Assembly (NCBI RefSeq): GCF_048593235.1
Contig: NC_133617.1
Coordinates: 516,688,958-516,752,957, forward strand
From: Sminthopsis crassicaudata
Taxonomy: Eukaryota
DNA length: 64,000 nucleotides
Direction of reading: 5' to 3'
The notes below the pieces were generated by a model that was given only the letters and a program-made list of their open reading frames with translations, searched no databases and was not told the DNA's origin. The position numbers were made by a program, and so were the translations under genes. Positions 1-13,759 of the stretch are shown here, piece by piece; position 1 is the first letter of the stretch, and every line of letters begins with the position of its first letter.

Positions 1-270
1 GCAACCTCTTTTGCTTGAGAAAGTTTTAGGCAATCCTGAGGATATGTAGAATAAAATATTCTATAAATCAAACATTTACTAATAATAAATCATAAAGAAA
101 TTTATTTTAAAACAATACTTTGGTATATATACACATATATGTACTTTTACCATTTGTTAAAGATGAAAGCAAAATTTCTTACTAATGAGATGAATGTGTT
201 TGTTTATTTTTACATAAAGAATTAAACCTTGGTGGAATATTTGATACCTCTTACTGTGGTAAAATTTTTT

Positions 271-695
271 TGGTTCATTTATTTTTAATACACATTGTTT
301 TATGAATTATGTTAGGAGAGAAAAATCAGAGCAAAAGGGAAAAACCATGGAAAAGATTAAAAAGAAAAAAGAAGTAAACATAGCATGTGTTGATTTACAT
401 TCAGTATTCTCAGTTCTTTCTCTGGTTGCTTATGGTATTTTCTGTCCAAAGTCTATTGGGACTGCTTTGGATCACTGAGCTACTAAGAAGAATCCAACTT
501 TTCATAGTTGCTCATCACACATTCTCGCTGCTTGTTTTGCTCAGCATCAGTTCATGTAAATCTTTTCAGGTCTTTCTATAATTAGCTTATTCATCATTTT
601 TTATAGAACAATAATATTTTTACCTTCGTGTACCACAACTTGTTCAACCAGTCCCTAATTGATGGGCATCCACTTCTTTTCCAATTCTTTGCCAC
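271..695 (-). mobile_element. Old L1 3' fragment
   Basis: Reverse complement of the L1 ORF2 end and 3'UTR (catcagttcatgtaaatc, ttgatgggcatccac). Confidence 0.8.
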
Positions 696-774
696 GTGGC
701 CAAATATTTTGCAACCCCCACGTTCAGTTGCATGACCCCATAAGGGATTACAACCCATAGTTTAAGGAGTTTTG

Positions 775-1290
775 ACAGAAAATAGAAAAATCTTTAAATC
801 TTAGTAAAACAGAAATCAAAGAAGGTATATAGAAGGAAATATATCACAGAATGAAGAAATTCTCTCAATGAGAATGAGTTAATTCAGTTCAACTAAAAAA
901 AAAGTCCCTTAGATCTCACCTGAAGGAAAATTTCCTATTGTCTTTACCAAGTTGGGAATAAGAACATATAGGAATCTGTCAGCTCCTCTCATGTCTTGCT
1001 AGGATCTTTTCCTTCAGTAAAATCTGAAGTAGGGCTGGCCTCTTTTATGCTCTCTCTCAAAGCTAAAAGCCAGGTGTATTCCAAAGGGACTTGAGGATTG
1101 AAGCCTTGATATTTGACCAGTTGCAAAGGATAACTGGTTCTGAAAAGTCTTAAAGGAGGATTCCCCTTTGAAAAGTCTAGGAAAGGAGACTGGCAAAGTC
1201 CGAGCTCTCTTACCCCTGGTCTACTCAGCCTATCCCTATATATAGGACAGAACATTCATAGCCACCAATAATGAGACTCCAAAACAATGG
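775..1290. mobile_element. LTR-like element (family 2), partial copy
   Basis: Similar to the reverse complement of ~44000-44470. Confidence 0.55.
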
Positions 1291-1627
1291 ACTTTGGGAC
1301 AAAATTTACATTAAGTATAAAATAATAATAAGCATTTTTGGAACACATTTTTTATTTAATATAAACATTAAATAAGAATATTCCAGTGAAACTTTCCAGT
1401 CCCCCACCCCCACCACAGGGATATAGCCAGGTCAATAAAAATAATAACCTTCATGGAAATAAAAAGTTCATTAAATGCAATGAGCTGTCCTTTCTAAATT
1501 CCAATTTATTTAATATTCCCTACAATGAAGGGCCTAATAAATTCAGCCTTCCCTGTTTCATACATTTCTTTGCCTGGAATTTTCTCCTCCTCATCTTCCA
1601 AAAGAAGTTTTTCCCCATATACCATAA

Positions 1628-2375
1628 TGCTAGAGATGAAGTCCTAGATAGCTAGGTGGGGTTGGCAGAAGAGCTTTGAAGGAATTGTCCCCCTGGGGGC
1701 AGGCAGGGAAAAGGCTCTGATAGAGATCAGTTTAGTTTAGTAGTCCCACCTTCTGTGAAGTTTTCCTGTGGGTGGCCCCACCTTGCTGTATCCAGCCAAG
1801 AAATCCAAGTTATATCTGTCAAGCCCCCTGAGGCCCACCTTTGAGCACAGCTATGTCCTGTCAGAAATCCCAATCATGTCCCTGAGATTAAATTTCTTTT
1901 ACAAATCTGATTTTGGCCCACGGCATCTTTGCAGAATTCTTTTGGATCATTGACATTTTATCTCATAATGTCTTTTCCCTCACCCCTCCCATATCACAAG
2001 GTTTCTCTCCTAACCCCACCAAACCTTACCATGTGTTTCCTCTCAGATTCCACTTCTCCTTCTAGCTAACCTTTTTAGAGTTCTTAATCTCTTTTAGGAT
2101 TTAGCCTGCCAGCTAAGGGCCTACTCCAACCTCATAAGGCTTCCTTTCTCCTGACTAATTGCAAATTCTATTAGAGAACTTGTCTTTTCCATTATTAATT
2201 ATTAAAACCCTTTCCTTGCTATGTGTTCTCCCATTCTTTCATAGTTACCATTCCTGATTTCTACACTATCTCTTCATTTTTTCTGTAACCTCTTCTCCTA
2301 AATAAACCTACTTTTGCCAAAGAGAATGGCCACTGTGAATTTTTCACATGACTAAACCCCAACATTTGGTGCCTA
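1628..2375 (+). mobile_element. Solo LTR (family 1)
   Basis: Starts with TG, has AATAAA near 2298 and ends near aaca at 2364. Strongly similar to the reverse complement of 27112-28130 (gtgggtggccccaccttgct; ttttaggatttagcctgcca; cctaaataaacctac). Confidence 0.75.
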
Positions 2376-4097
2376 CCATCAGCTGTGTCTATATCAGCTA
2401 CATCAACTAGTACTTTCCTTTCACTGATTATCTTCAGTCTATCTTGTATATATCTTAATTGTACATGGCTTTTTATATATCTCATATCTTACTTATACAT
2501 GACTATTTTCAAGTTGCCATCGAAAACTTAAATAATTTGACCAGTGGGAATGAATTAAACATATTACCATTTTTTGTCTCTATACCCTAGACATAATGGG
2601 ACCTTTTGATATGACTCACCTTCCATATATATTAATACTTTTCTATTTATATGGCCAGTGTTTAGAATTGTACTTTGGTACATGGTATATTTTTTTTCAT
2701 TCACTTATTCCTGGTCTCCATGACTAAGGGTCATTTATGAACTTTAAAGCCTTAATACCTTGCAACCTAATCTGCCTCTTAGGATCCAAAGCTTAGACCA
2801 GAGAAACTTTGGCTTATGATATCCAGACAACCTTTGCCTGACTCAGGCAGTTCTCTAGAACTAAAGATTGCTGAGATATTAAACTGCATTAACAAAAGAA
2901 CTTCAGTAGGAATTCCCTATAGCCAAGAAATCCCAGGTTCACATTTACATAATAATGTTTCAGAGTAATCTCTAAAACTAAACATTTCACAGAAGATACC
3001 AACCTGTACTGGTAGTTTGGGAATTCCCTATACCAATTAAGTAACAGGTACAATCCAAATCCTTATTTTTACTTACATAATATTTTAAGATTTGCAAATC
3101 ACTTTACATACATATGTAGGGTTGAGCCTTACAACTTGATGAGTTGTAGACTATGGATATCATTGTCAGTATTTTACAGATAAGGAAACTGAAACTTTAG
3201 TAGATTAAGTGACCTGGTCATGGTTATATACTGTAGCTAGTATGAGGTAGATTTTAATCCTAGGTCTTCCTGATTCTAACACTATCTATATATCCTGTGG
3301 GTCTCTGGGAGATTGAAAACACTGGATTATATTCACTAAAGATTATAAAACACAAAATTATTGCATACTTTTGTGAAAATAATTTTTAACCACTAAATTA
3401 TTGGCTAGTCTATAATATTGTGCACTAAAAAGCATCTTAAGGCACTTTAGTAACTTGTTTTTTAAATCATAGACTTTCCCTCAAATATGAAATGGCAAAA
3501 CTATTTGGAACTCATTTCTTTAGATAAGAAAGAGGGAAATTCTGGACAGTTTTAAAAGAGGGGAAAAACTTATTTGCCTGCTTTCCTTTCTTAACAGCTC
3601 ATAAAAAACAGACTTAAAGGACCCTGTCATCCATTTTACATTATACAGAACTTCGGGCTGTATATATTAGGCCTGCCTGTTAGCAAGTTTCAATCAAGTA
3701 CCAAGATAGCCCTGTTCCTTAAATCTATATAGAGATGAGTTCAGACCATGTGCTATGATAAAATGATATCACATTGCCCTCTTTACTAAGTCAAACTTCC
3801 CTGGTGTCAGGATGGAATGCTTCCTTACATGGGGCAACAGAGTGGGTCATTCTTTCCTGCTCTCCTTTTATTTTCTGATAATGATCCATAAACAGAAATG
3901 GAGTTGGGGCCATGATTCACATGATTGTAGTTATATCCTCCACATAAATTAGCTTAGGCTTAAAATAAACCTCATAAAATTTGCTTCTCTCATTTCCTCT
4001 CTTTTCAGCTTTCAAAGGCATGTCTAAGAGGGAATTCTAAGAGCTAGTAGTGAACTAGAACATCCTTATGCCAGAGCTTCTTTAATTACACTACTTT

Positions 4098-4340
4098 TTT
4101 TGTTGTTCAATTGCTTCAGTTGTGTCCAATTCTTTATGACCGCCTTAGGGATTTTCTTGGCAAAGATACTGCATTGATTTGCCATTTCTTTCTCTAGCTC
4201 ATTTTACAGATGAGGAAACTGAGGTAAACAGGATTAAATGACAGGGTTAAGACAACTACTAAGTATCTGAGATTAGTTTTTAATTCAGGACTTCCTGACC
4301 ACACCTACTGCTCTATCCACTATACCACCTCACTGCCCTT
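4098..4340 (-). mobile_element. MAR1-like SINE (CORE with RTE tail)
   Basis: gattttcttggcaaagatact...gccatttctttctctagctcattttacagatgaggaaactgagg. Similar copies at ~12795-13035(+), 17390-17625(-), 21200-21450(+), 23455-23650(-), 37970-38135(+), 53035-53280(-), 57165-57395(-). Confidence 0.8.
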
Positions 4341-4471
4341 TATGAAAACCACATCCATGCAATTATTAGAAGCTCTTTTTTTCTTTCCTTCCTTCCTTGC
4401 ATTCTTTCATCCTTCTTTTATTCCTTTCTTCTTACTTTCTTCCTTTCTTCTTCCTTCCTTCCTTACTGCTC

Positions 4472-4708
4472 NNNNNNNNNNNNNNNNNNNNNNNNNNNNN
4501 NNNNNNNNNNNNNNNNNNNNNNNNNNNNNNNNNNNNNNNNNNNNNNNNNNNNNNNNNNNNNNNNNNNNNNNNNNNNNNNNNNNNNNNNNNNNNNNNNNNN
4601 NNNNNNNNNNNNNNNNNNNNNNNNNNNNNNNNNNNNNNNNNNNNNNNNNNNNNNNNNNNNNNNNNNNNNNNNNNNNNNNNNNNNNNNNNNNNNNNNNNNN
4701 NNNNNNNN
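4472..4708. other. Assembly gap inside a CT-rich simple repeat
   Basis: N run; other gaps at 18233-18445, 22055-22233 and 36197-36460. Confidence 1.
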
Positions 4709-5509
4709 CTTCCTTTGTTCTTTCTTTTCTTCCTTCTTTCCTTCTTTCTCTTCCTTACAATCTAGTTGCATTGACTAGGAGTGCAGAGAATCAATGGGAT
4801 CATAAATTTAAAGTTGAAAGTGACCCAAAGAGCATCTAGTCCAACTTCTTCATTTTATGAATGAAAAAACTAAGACTTGCAGAGATTAAGCAACTTGCCC
4901 AAGATCTTACAGTTCATAAATATCAGAGCTAGGTTTTGAATCTGAGTTCTCTAACTTCAAATCAAATCAAGTATACACAATGTTATGTTTAACATACATT
5001 GATCACACACATATGTGTGTCTATACACAGACACATACATACATACTTGGTTCAAGTCACAACTCTATCATTTGCTAACTGCATGTACATAGAAGCACAT
5101 AAATGCATATGTACATGTATATGCATATACAGGTATATATGTCTATATTATATACACATTTGTATATAGATAAATATTGTGGACATCTACATATATATAG
5201 CATACTTTCTAGATACTCTCCCAAGATAACACTGGCAGTAGTGGTTTAGGTATCTCAGAGGGTGGCTGACACAAACCCCCTGTGATGTACTTCCTATTAA
5301 CCATAACTCAGGAAACACAATTAAATATTAGAAAAAACATTTTCTAAGATGACATAGTAATTGCAAAATTTCCCACTACCTCTTTCATTAATCAGAGCTT
5401 CACCTTCCCACCAATACACACAGCATACATAGGAGTACTGGGCTCAAACACAGAGCATAATGGTAGTGAGGAACATATGTAGGGAACAAATGTATCTAAA
5501 GCAACTCAC

Positions 5510-5774
5510 AATTGTGATATTGCAGGGTTCCCTTCTTTTTTATTGGAGTTCTTACAAAATGTCCCTTGGTTGTCGCATCTCTGCTAGTCTGCCTGCTCAG
5601 CTGGACCCCTAAATTATTTCTTAGGTTGACTTTTAATTGCCAGCAAAAACTCTTTCTTGAGTCCACAACTGGCTCTATTTTCTGCTGCCAGACATTCTGC
5701 ACTTTGAAATTGTTTTTGGCCTCTTGTGACTGCCTCTCTGTATCATATCTGTCTGAACTGTGTCTCTTCTTCTC
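5510..5774 (-). CDS. Candidate coding exon of an unidentified gene (EKKRHSSDRYDTERQ...GTLQYHN, phase 0 to 1)
   Basis: 88 stop-free codons between acceptor tatatttAG and a consensus donor GTGAGT. Confidence 0.5.
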
Positions 5775-6129
5775 CTAAATATAGTGTGTCCTATTAGCCA
5801 GTTGTTCTATTTCAAAAGAGCATATTTGCTTGGGGGCAGAAGGTGAGGAGAGAGAAAATCTCTCCTCCTAGAGCAATTGCTCCTGGCTTGAACTCACCCA
5901 AACTGCCAAATTTTCTCCAGGATTTAGATGATGAAAGCCTCTGGAGTGCAGCCTATTTTGAGCCCAGCCAATCACATTGCTACTCCTAATTCACTCAGAG
6001 AAAGGTGCTTATTCTTTATAAAGCAATCATCTCATTAACTCTGAACTCTAACCTTCCTTTTTTCTGTGTGAATTATGGGGAATGAGACCAAATACATTCT
6101 TTTATATATAAAATTATAATATGAATATG

Positions 6130-6540
6130 ATAAGTACATAACAGAAATACTAAGAGCAGGAAAACAAAATGAAAAAATGAAAATTTTCTACACAGAAAAT
6201 AGGAAAACAAGATAGAAGACATGATGCTTAATGAGAACACTGAAGGATGAAAAAACGTATCAATGAGGTTGAGAAGACAAGATGGAAGAAGAAATTTCAG
6301 GAACAAGGAATAATGAAATACAAAAAACATGAGAAACACTTGTAATATAGTAAATAGTCAAATTTGACAAAAGCAGTAGGACAAGGCTGGAAAGGTTGGA
6401 GCTAAATTGTAAAAGATCTTAAATGACAGACAAAGGTATTTGGAGTTTGTTCAGTGGACACCTAAGTAGACTTGTAATATGGGCAGACCTATATTTGATG
6501 AAGATTAATCACATAGTGACATTTAGGATGGTTTGGAGGT
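6130..6540 (-). mobile_element. L2 fragment
   Basis: Purine-rich antisense L2 pattern (ggctggaaaggttggagc...aaatgacagacaaagg). Confidence 0.5.
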
Positions 6541-7156
6541 AAGTAAAGACATCTGTTTGTGAGGAACCTGAGTCCCAGAAAGAAAAATGACTTGAAATAA
6601 CTCAGATAGAGCCTGAGGCAAAAGCCAAGTCTAGAACCCAGCTTTCATGATTCCAAGTGTGTAGTGACTCTAAATTTCAGATCTCCGGACTCCAACCAAG
6701 CCCAGCATTCTTTCCACTACATTTCATTGGCTCCGCAAGGTGCAGCATGCCAATGTTTTGTGGTCTGTGGGCTGCTGTTATGCGTAAGCACTGCCTTGGC
6801 TCACACTTTCACAATGCCCTACATGTGCTAATAATGGGACCTAGGCACCTTCCAATTGTTATAATTATTATGGTTTGTACCATTTGTAGAGGATTATCAT
6901 TATCAATCTAAAGCTGGAAGGCACCTCCTCGGCCACCTACTTCAATCTCCCCTTTTATAAGTGAGAAACCAAAGGTCAAATGAGTAACGGGCACAAAGTC
7001 ACACAGATATCATGGCAGCAGAATTTGAATACAAGTCTGATTTCAAAGCCAATGTTTTTTTCCACTCATTGGCCACTTGCCCATAGATCACAATGAGTTT
7101 ATTATTCAGAGATACTATGTAACTGTGGAAAGAGCCAATTCCTTTTAGTTTCTTAC

Positions 7157-7439
7157 AGGTCCTGCTTTTTCTGGTCTCTATTGGACATGTTGCTGCCAAA
7201 TCCTTCTTTGCTAAACAGATAGAAAATAGTGGATGTGTAGACTCTACCAGACGTGACACTAATGGCCACAACTTTGTTCAGTTCATAGTCTCTGCCAGAT
7301 GCTGTTCTTCTGGGCATGTACTTTCTACTGTATGCTACCAGGCATGGCCCTACTGGGCAACTAGCACTGCTGAGTTTCTCTCTGTTTTTAACTTCTGACT
7401 GACTGAATTCTCTGGCTATAAGGCTAATCTTTGCATGCT
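7157..7439 (-). CDS. Candidate coding exon (EHAKISLIAREF...NRDQKKQD, phase 1 to 2)
   Basis: The open frame ends exactly at donor GTAAGA; acceptor ttttttaattgaaAG is weak. Confidence 0.42.
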
Positions 7440-8119
7440 CTTTCAATTAAAAAACTAGGAGACTTTAAAAATAGTTCTTTTTTAAAAAGTAGTTGCTATT
7501 GCCTCAACCCCCAAAATATCTTTTTATAGAAAGAAAAAACAAAAAACAAATCCTGAGTTGTTGTTTTTTTTTCTTTCCCCCTTTCAGAGTGACCTCTCTT
7601 GTTTCCTCAGTGTCCAGGCTACAAAGAACTCTCAGACATTTCATTTCTGTAGCAGGAGATTCTCAGCCCAGGTGCCAGCCTTTTTAGAACAAAGAGCAGG
7701 CACTCCTAGCTAAGTAGCTAATTCTTTGAGGCTCAAGTCTATTCTTAGTCCTCAAAATCCTGGTTCCTGAGCTTAGAGTCTCCATGGGCAACCTCATCCT
7801 AGCTCTTGGTGGGCATTCTATGTCACTCTTGGTTTTAATCTCTGAAGGCTAGTGCAAAAGCCATGTAAGGACATTTGTTCAGTAAATATCAAACAACTTT
7901 ATTTGCCTGATAAAACCGCTTATCATGGGGGAGGGGTTTCCTCAAGTTATTCAGTTCCAAACTCACATCCTACCATATAGATGAGTGGCTCAAAAATAGC
8001 CTCAGAGACAAAACGAAGCTCAAGATGACAAATCATTGTCTAATGTCTCTGACTTTTCTGTGCAAATGATGGCCAGAAAACCTTAAAAAGATTTTAAGCT
8101 ACTCTTAACATTCCTAAAC

Positions 8120-8780
8120 TGACCATGTTACTACCCAGCTCAAAAAATTGTAATGATCCCTATTGCTCCTAGAATAAACCATGCATTTTATTGTTTGCCA
8201 TTTCAAGCCCTTGGAATTCTCACTTTGACTTATCTTTCCGTACTTATTTCACATTACTTCTCTTTGCATATTCTATATTGCAGCCAAACTGAGCTATTTA
8301 CTGAATTATCATCTTCATGAAATGTCACTTTTCTTCAAGTCTTTGCCTTGACAAATGTTCTAACTGTCCCTCTTGACATCCTTTGCTTTTTTCAATGCTC
8401 AGCTCATTTAAATGAGGCCTTTCACAATGCTCCCAATTGTTAATACTCTTATCCTATCCCCCCAAATTATTTTGTATTTAATTTGTATATCTTTCATATT
8501 TACTTATCTGTGTATTAGCTGTCTCCACCCCATCTTTAAAATGTAAACTTAGGGTCAAGAACTGATTCCATATCAATTTTTGCATCCCAAACACCTACCC
8601 TGGCACCTAGCTGCTTAATAAATGGTTGTTGAAAAGAAATAAATTATCTTTTCATGTGTACATGTTGAGACTTCCCAAATAGATTAAAGGGCAGGGATAT
8701 TAACTTGCACTTCTTTGTATTTATATAGCACCTAATTTGATTTTTTAAAAAGCAAGTACTCAATAAATATTGGGTAATGA
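8120..8780 (+). mobile_element. L2 3' fragments
   Basis: Pyrimidine-rich L2 body ending cctggcacctagctgcttaataaatggttgttgaa. Confidence 0.75.
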
Positions 8781-9003
8781 AACATATAGTATCTGCCAAA
8801 CTTTTTTCATATCATAAATAAATTGAATTATCCACTTAAATTCAGTAGATTCTGAGATGAATGGGGCTCTGTTTCTTTCCTATTATGATAGTGGACAAAA
8901 GTTATTTTTAGATACTATATGAGACATAATTCTCTCATATACTTGTTTGTTTTTCATATTTAAATATTTTCCTTATAATTAGTCACATGGGAAATGTTTC
9001 CCA

Positions 9004-9571
9004 TGTAAGTCTGAGTTTTAGGATTTTGTTTTTATTTTTTTTATTAATGAGATGGACGTTACATGATCGTATAATAGGGGCCAGAAGTAGTATCACAAAA
9101 ACTACTGGCTCTTGAGGGTTGGTTCTGATTAAAATAACATTAGTTGTTAACCCATATCCCCACCTCACTGTTTGAAAAGGGAAAGCAGCTCTGACCCTAC
9201 AGATAAAGACATAAATAAACTTCATTAGGATAGAGTCAAAACCCCAGGGACTCACTTCCAAGATAAAATGCTCAATTATCTTAGGTTGTTTCCTTTAAAC
9301 AGAGATCAAGAAGACAGGGGTCAAAGGGAGAGGGAAAGATTCTGCTTATCTGAAATATAACTGAAATTGGAATGATGTAATATGAGTATATATGATTCAG
9401 GAAAGGCTGAGATTCAGAACTGACTACCTGTGATTACTGGACTGGGTGGTGCAGGGGCAGACCTATTTCAAGAGCACCCTGTACCGCACCTTGAGTTAGT
9501 CTATTTCTAGTAATAAACTTTTCCCTCTGACATCTGATCGACTCCAGGACATCAAAATCTGAAACATAACA
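9004..9571 (+). mobile_element. Solo LTR (third family)
   Basis: TGTAAG start, TATA-like tatatatg near 9388, AATAAA at 9512-9517, ends ...ataaca. No TSD recognised. Confidence 0.55.
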
Positions 9572-9639
9572 GAGTCCAGAGGATCTGAATGAATTTCTTT
9601 GCTATGAAGTATACTGAGGTAGGTAGACACCAAAAGATT

Positions 9640-9862
9640 CTAGGAGCTCTTAACATTTTTGTGTCATGGACCCCTTTGGCATTCTGGCGAAGCCTATTGA
9701 CCCCTTTAGGACAAAATTTTAAATACATTTTTTTTAAAAAAAACAAAGGATTACAAAATAATCAATTATACTGCAATCTAATGCAATTTACTACGAGCAA
9801 ACAAAACCCACCAAAATTCAATGATGCTGTCTTAAGGACCCCTAAGTTATAAATCAAGGCTA
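9640..9862 (+). mobile_element. hAT-Charlie-like non-autonomous DNA transposon
   Basis: ctcttaacattttt gtgtcatggacccctttggcattctggcgaagcctattgacccct ... ggacccctaagttataaatc resembles Charlie MITE termini. Confidence 0.7.
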
Positions 9863-10214
9863 GATATATAAATTCCTGCAAAATTTTATGCAAGTTACAG
9901 TTGTCAGAAAGATGGAAAGGTTTTAGAGGGTTCTGGTTATTAAACTCAGAAAATAAGTAACTAATTGATTTCTAGGAATATTGTTTCAACCTAGTACCAA
10001 GACTTTGACCCCTACCTGGGAGGAACTGATGACCCCAACAATATAGGTTAAACACTATAACTTGAGAAGCCTGGATGTGAAATATGTTTGTATCAAGAAA
10101 GTAGAATGTGTGACTAAGCTTAATTCCCATAATCATAGCTGGTCCCAGTAACAACATATTTTGATTGAAGACCTACTATTGGAAAGTACTGCACTAGAAA
10201 TAGAACCTGCTCTC

Positions 10215-10458
10215 TAAGGCAGCTAAGTGCCTAGCGTAGAGTCAGGAAAACCTGAGTTCAAATGTTATTTCAAACACTTAATAGCTGTGTGAACCTGGGC
10301 AAGTCACTTAAACCTGTTTGCCTCAATTTCCTTATCTGCAAAATGAAGATAATAATAGCACCTGTCTCCCATAGTTGTCATAAGAATCAGATAAGATAAT
10401 AATTATAAGGTGCTTAGCACAGTGCCTGGCACATAGTAAATACCCTACAAATGTTAGT

Positions 10459-10460
<2 letters not shown>
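10215..10460 (+). mobile_element. MIR-like CORE-SINE with L2-type tail
   Basis: ctgggcaagtcacttaaacc...gcctcaatttccttatctgcaaaatg. Other MIR-like copies at ~3095-3290, 4770-4960, 12160-12350, 33905-34165, 48860-49015, 55490-55730, 58000-58125, 61810-62060, 63105-63335. Confidence 0.8.
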
Positions 10461-10490
<30 letters not shown>

Positions 10491-10988
10491 TAGTTTTTAT
10501 TTATATATAATGTTAGTTAATGTTATTGTAAATCAGCTATTATTATATTACACTCTAACAGAAGGTAAACATCTATATGCAAATAATTGTGATACAAGAG
10601 AGAGAACATCTATATACAAATAACTGATGTAGGAAACAGTGAGATGAGTACAAAAGAAATGTCTTTTCTACAAGAAATTTAAAGAAGGAGAGATAATCTG
10701 AAGGTTGGGATAATAACCTTCCTTGAAGGTTGAAAGAAAGGTTTCAGGAAACAAGTGAAGCCCAAGTTGGCAAGATTGTGAAACAGGCAAATTTTTTTCT
10801 TTATGACATCTAGTCTCCCCCCTTTCCATTCCCATTCCTTCTACTACAGATGTTTAATACTCCTCTAAATAGTAAATCCTATTATCAGAAAAGGCTACCA
10901 GAGCAATCATTTACATTCTATTATGAACTTTATTCATCACTTTACCTATCCCAGAGAGATTTCTACTTTTTCTTTATTTATACATATC

Positions 10989-11031
<43 letters not shown>

Positions 11032-11587
11032 TTTTATCTAATTATAAATCAAAATCTTTATCCTCTGTTAAAATAATATTTGGTACCAGCTAAGTAGTAA
11101 AAAGGAAAGATATATTTTGAGCCAGAGATATCTTCCCTGAAATAATGCCATATAGGCAGCCTAGTATCCTCACAAAATGGCACGCTATATTTCTAAGAGT
11201 CAAATTTCTACATCTTTCCCTTAATATTCTCTTCCTCAATATTCTAGGAATTCAAAGGGGCCATGTGTCTATTGCTACCAGCTCAAGCCTGGAATGGAAG
11301 TTTTCCCCATTTGAGAGACTGGGCTAGTGACTAGCACTAAGTTCCACTTAACTATTTTATATAACTTTACAAAGGAACATTTGTTTCAAAAATATTGCAA
11401 GAAGATATATACAAATCATTTCTTCCCAACATATTAAGGTCATAATGTTCTCTACACCACTTTGGTCTTGGCTGAGGGGCATGGAATATGAGTTCCCACA
11501 TAGCATTGATCTCATCAAGTTTACATGGAAAGGTGGCATTGATGTCAGATCAATTTTTCTTCTGGGCTGAGGTCCTGAAGATCACAC

Positions 11588-11706
11588 CCAAAGATTAATT
11601 CTTGAAGAACTGATGCTGGGGTAGCTGTAACATCTAGTCTGGCTGCCATCTCCAGATTCCTGTAATTCATGTTCTTGATCCAAATCAGAAACTCTATTGC
11701 CTATAC
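11588..11706 (-). CDS. Candidate coding exon (IGNRVSDLDQEHELQES...RINLW)
   Basis: Strong acceptor cttttcttttctAG; only phase 1 is open; donor GTGTGA at the in-frame stop. Confidence 0.4.
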
Positions 11707-13397
11707 CTAGAAAAGAAAAGAACATACATGTCAAAGAGGTCCCATTTATTCGCATTCACATAGTTTCATAATGGGAAAGCTCCATGGCCTTTCCCCTTAA
11801 AACCTGGTTTTCTTAGTACAAGCCATCACCATCAGATTACAGGTGAAGGCAATGAGACAAAAAATGCCAAAGGGGTGGCCAAAGCTGACTAATCCTTTTT
11901 GAAGAGACAAATAATTCTGGTTATCCAGTCAATGAATACATGGCAAACCAGCTGGAGGCAGTTAGAGAATATCTATATATTCTCCAATCTTTCCAAGGCA
12001 CTTCCCTTATATATCATTAGAATCATTTTAGAAGCATTACAATTGTTTTCTATATGGTGACACTATCTTAAATAAGATGATGGGCCTGAATGTGTACCAG
12101 TCCATCATTCACATAATAGTCTTGCCTACAATTAATCAATTTATATATGATCATCAGATTATGGATTAAGAGTTGGAAGGAACATTAAAAGTCATCAAGT
12201 ACAATCCCTCTCATTTTAGAGATGAGGCCACTGAGGCTGGAGGAAGTAAAGTGACCAGCTAGTTCAGAGCTAGTAAGGTGCTGAGATAGGTTTTAAACCT
12301 AGTTCTTCTGGTGCTGAAGTCCACACTCTTTCCACCCTACCACCTTGGTTCTTCACTGTAACCCAATGCTTCCTAAAAATAATAAAATTTTAAAAATTAA
12401 ATTAGATCAACGTATAAAATAGAATGAGATCTAATGAACTTCGTCTTTATCTGAGTTTACCAAAGGATGATTGAATACATGGTTATGTATGTAGACACAA
12501 AATAGCTTGGTATAGAAATATAGCAAACTTCATGGGGGAAGAGATTAGGAATAATAAGAAGGGAGTAAGGGATTTAAAGAGGAGAGAGAAAAGATTTTAA
12601 ATGAAAAGGAAGAAAGCATAAAAACCAGTGATTAGAGGCTAAGATGAATGAAGAGAGGAGATGCAAAAGAATGTCAGTAGGCCATATGAATTGTAGATTA
12701 TTGCTGTTGATCACATTTCTTCTTTGTTAATCACACATCATTCCCTTCTTCTTTGCAAAGAGAAGGAAAAATAGGAGGATATTATAGAGGGATATAGGAG
12801 ATGTATGTGGTAAAATGGATAGAATGCTGACCCTAGGGTCGAGAGGACTTAAGTTCAAAAACGAGCTCAGGCACTATGTACTTGGGCAAGTCACTTAATT
12901 CTGTTCATTTTAGTTTCCTCATGTGTAAAATGAGCTGGAGAAGGAAATGGAAAACCACTCCAGTATCTTTGTCAAGAAAACCCAAATAGGGTTACAAAGA
13001 ATTGGTCAAACTAATTGATGAAACAACAATAGAGGGAAATACACATTGAATGTACTCCAACTCAAACTTAATGCATTATCTCACCCATAAGATGAAAAAG
13101 GATTAGAGAATGAGTACAATAATGTAGAAGTCAGACTCTTAATTCAATGATGATATCCTCAAGGAATCATATGTGTACTAAGGGAAATTGTTTCTTATTC
13201 ATATACTTTAATCATACTCCTTTTATTCCAAAATGATTCCTTCCATTGACAGAGCTTATAATATCAAGTATTGTCACAAGTGGAGATAAAGTTGAGATAT
13301 AGCATATTATTAGAAGGTCATGTTAGTGAGAATAGTTGGCATAGTTTCTAGCGTTTAGTTCTTGACCTCTCTTCTTAGCTTATTGTCTTCCTCTCAC

Positions 13398-13759
13398 CTT
13401 TTGAACACATTTTGTCCCTGGGGTGAATAGGCTAAACCCTGAAGCACAAACGTCCTATAATACAAAGATAGGAAACTTGTACGACTGAGTACTTCCTGGT
13501 CCTGGTAGCTCTTTTCTTCCCTTGAAGAGTCTCCATCAAGTGGAATGGAATAGCCCATGAATGACACTCCCTTGCTTATAGGATGGTGTCTCGACTGGTT
13601 CACTCCTAGGCTTTGTTGGCAAGTAAATTCCTCCTCAGGACTGACTTTTCCCTGGATTTGGCTACAGATTCTACTATTGATTCCAGGGACTTCTGTTGAC
13701 TTTTCTGACCTTTCAAAACTCACAGGACTGTTACCTGATCTGTTCCACTGTCAGATACT
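13398..13759 (-). CDS. Candidate coding exon (…SFERSEKSTEVPG…QGQNVFK)
   Basis: About 120 stop-free codons ending exactly at donor GTGAGA; the 5' boundary is ambiguous (strong acceptor at ~13777 is followed by in-frame stops). Confidence 0.45.

Noticed and set aside
2365-2373. TTTGGTGCC after the LTR end as a primer-binding site
   Set aside because: The same motif lies within the second LTR copy, and no internal ERV sequence follows.
4342-4839. Long ORFs spanning N runs (also near 18.2, 22.0 and 36.1 kb)
   Set aside because: Artefacts of assembly gaps translated as X.
7159-7398. Similarity of the plus-frame peptide to otospiralin (PYW) or the insulin A chain (CC...C)
   Set aside because: Only a few residues match and the cysteine spacing is wrong, so no gene symbol was assigned.
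11955-12000. Minus-strand LERLENI*IFSNCL resembling an LRR motif
   Set aside because: A single short motif containing a stop, with no neighbouring LRR repeats; compatible with chance.
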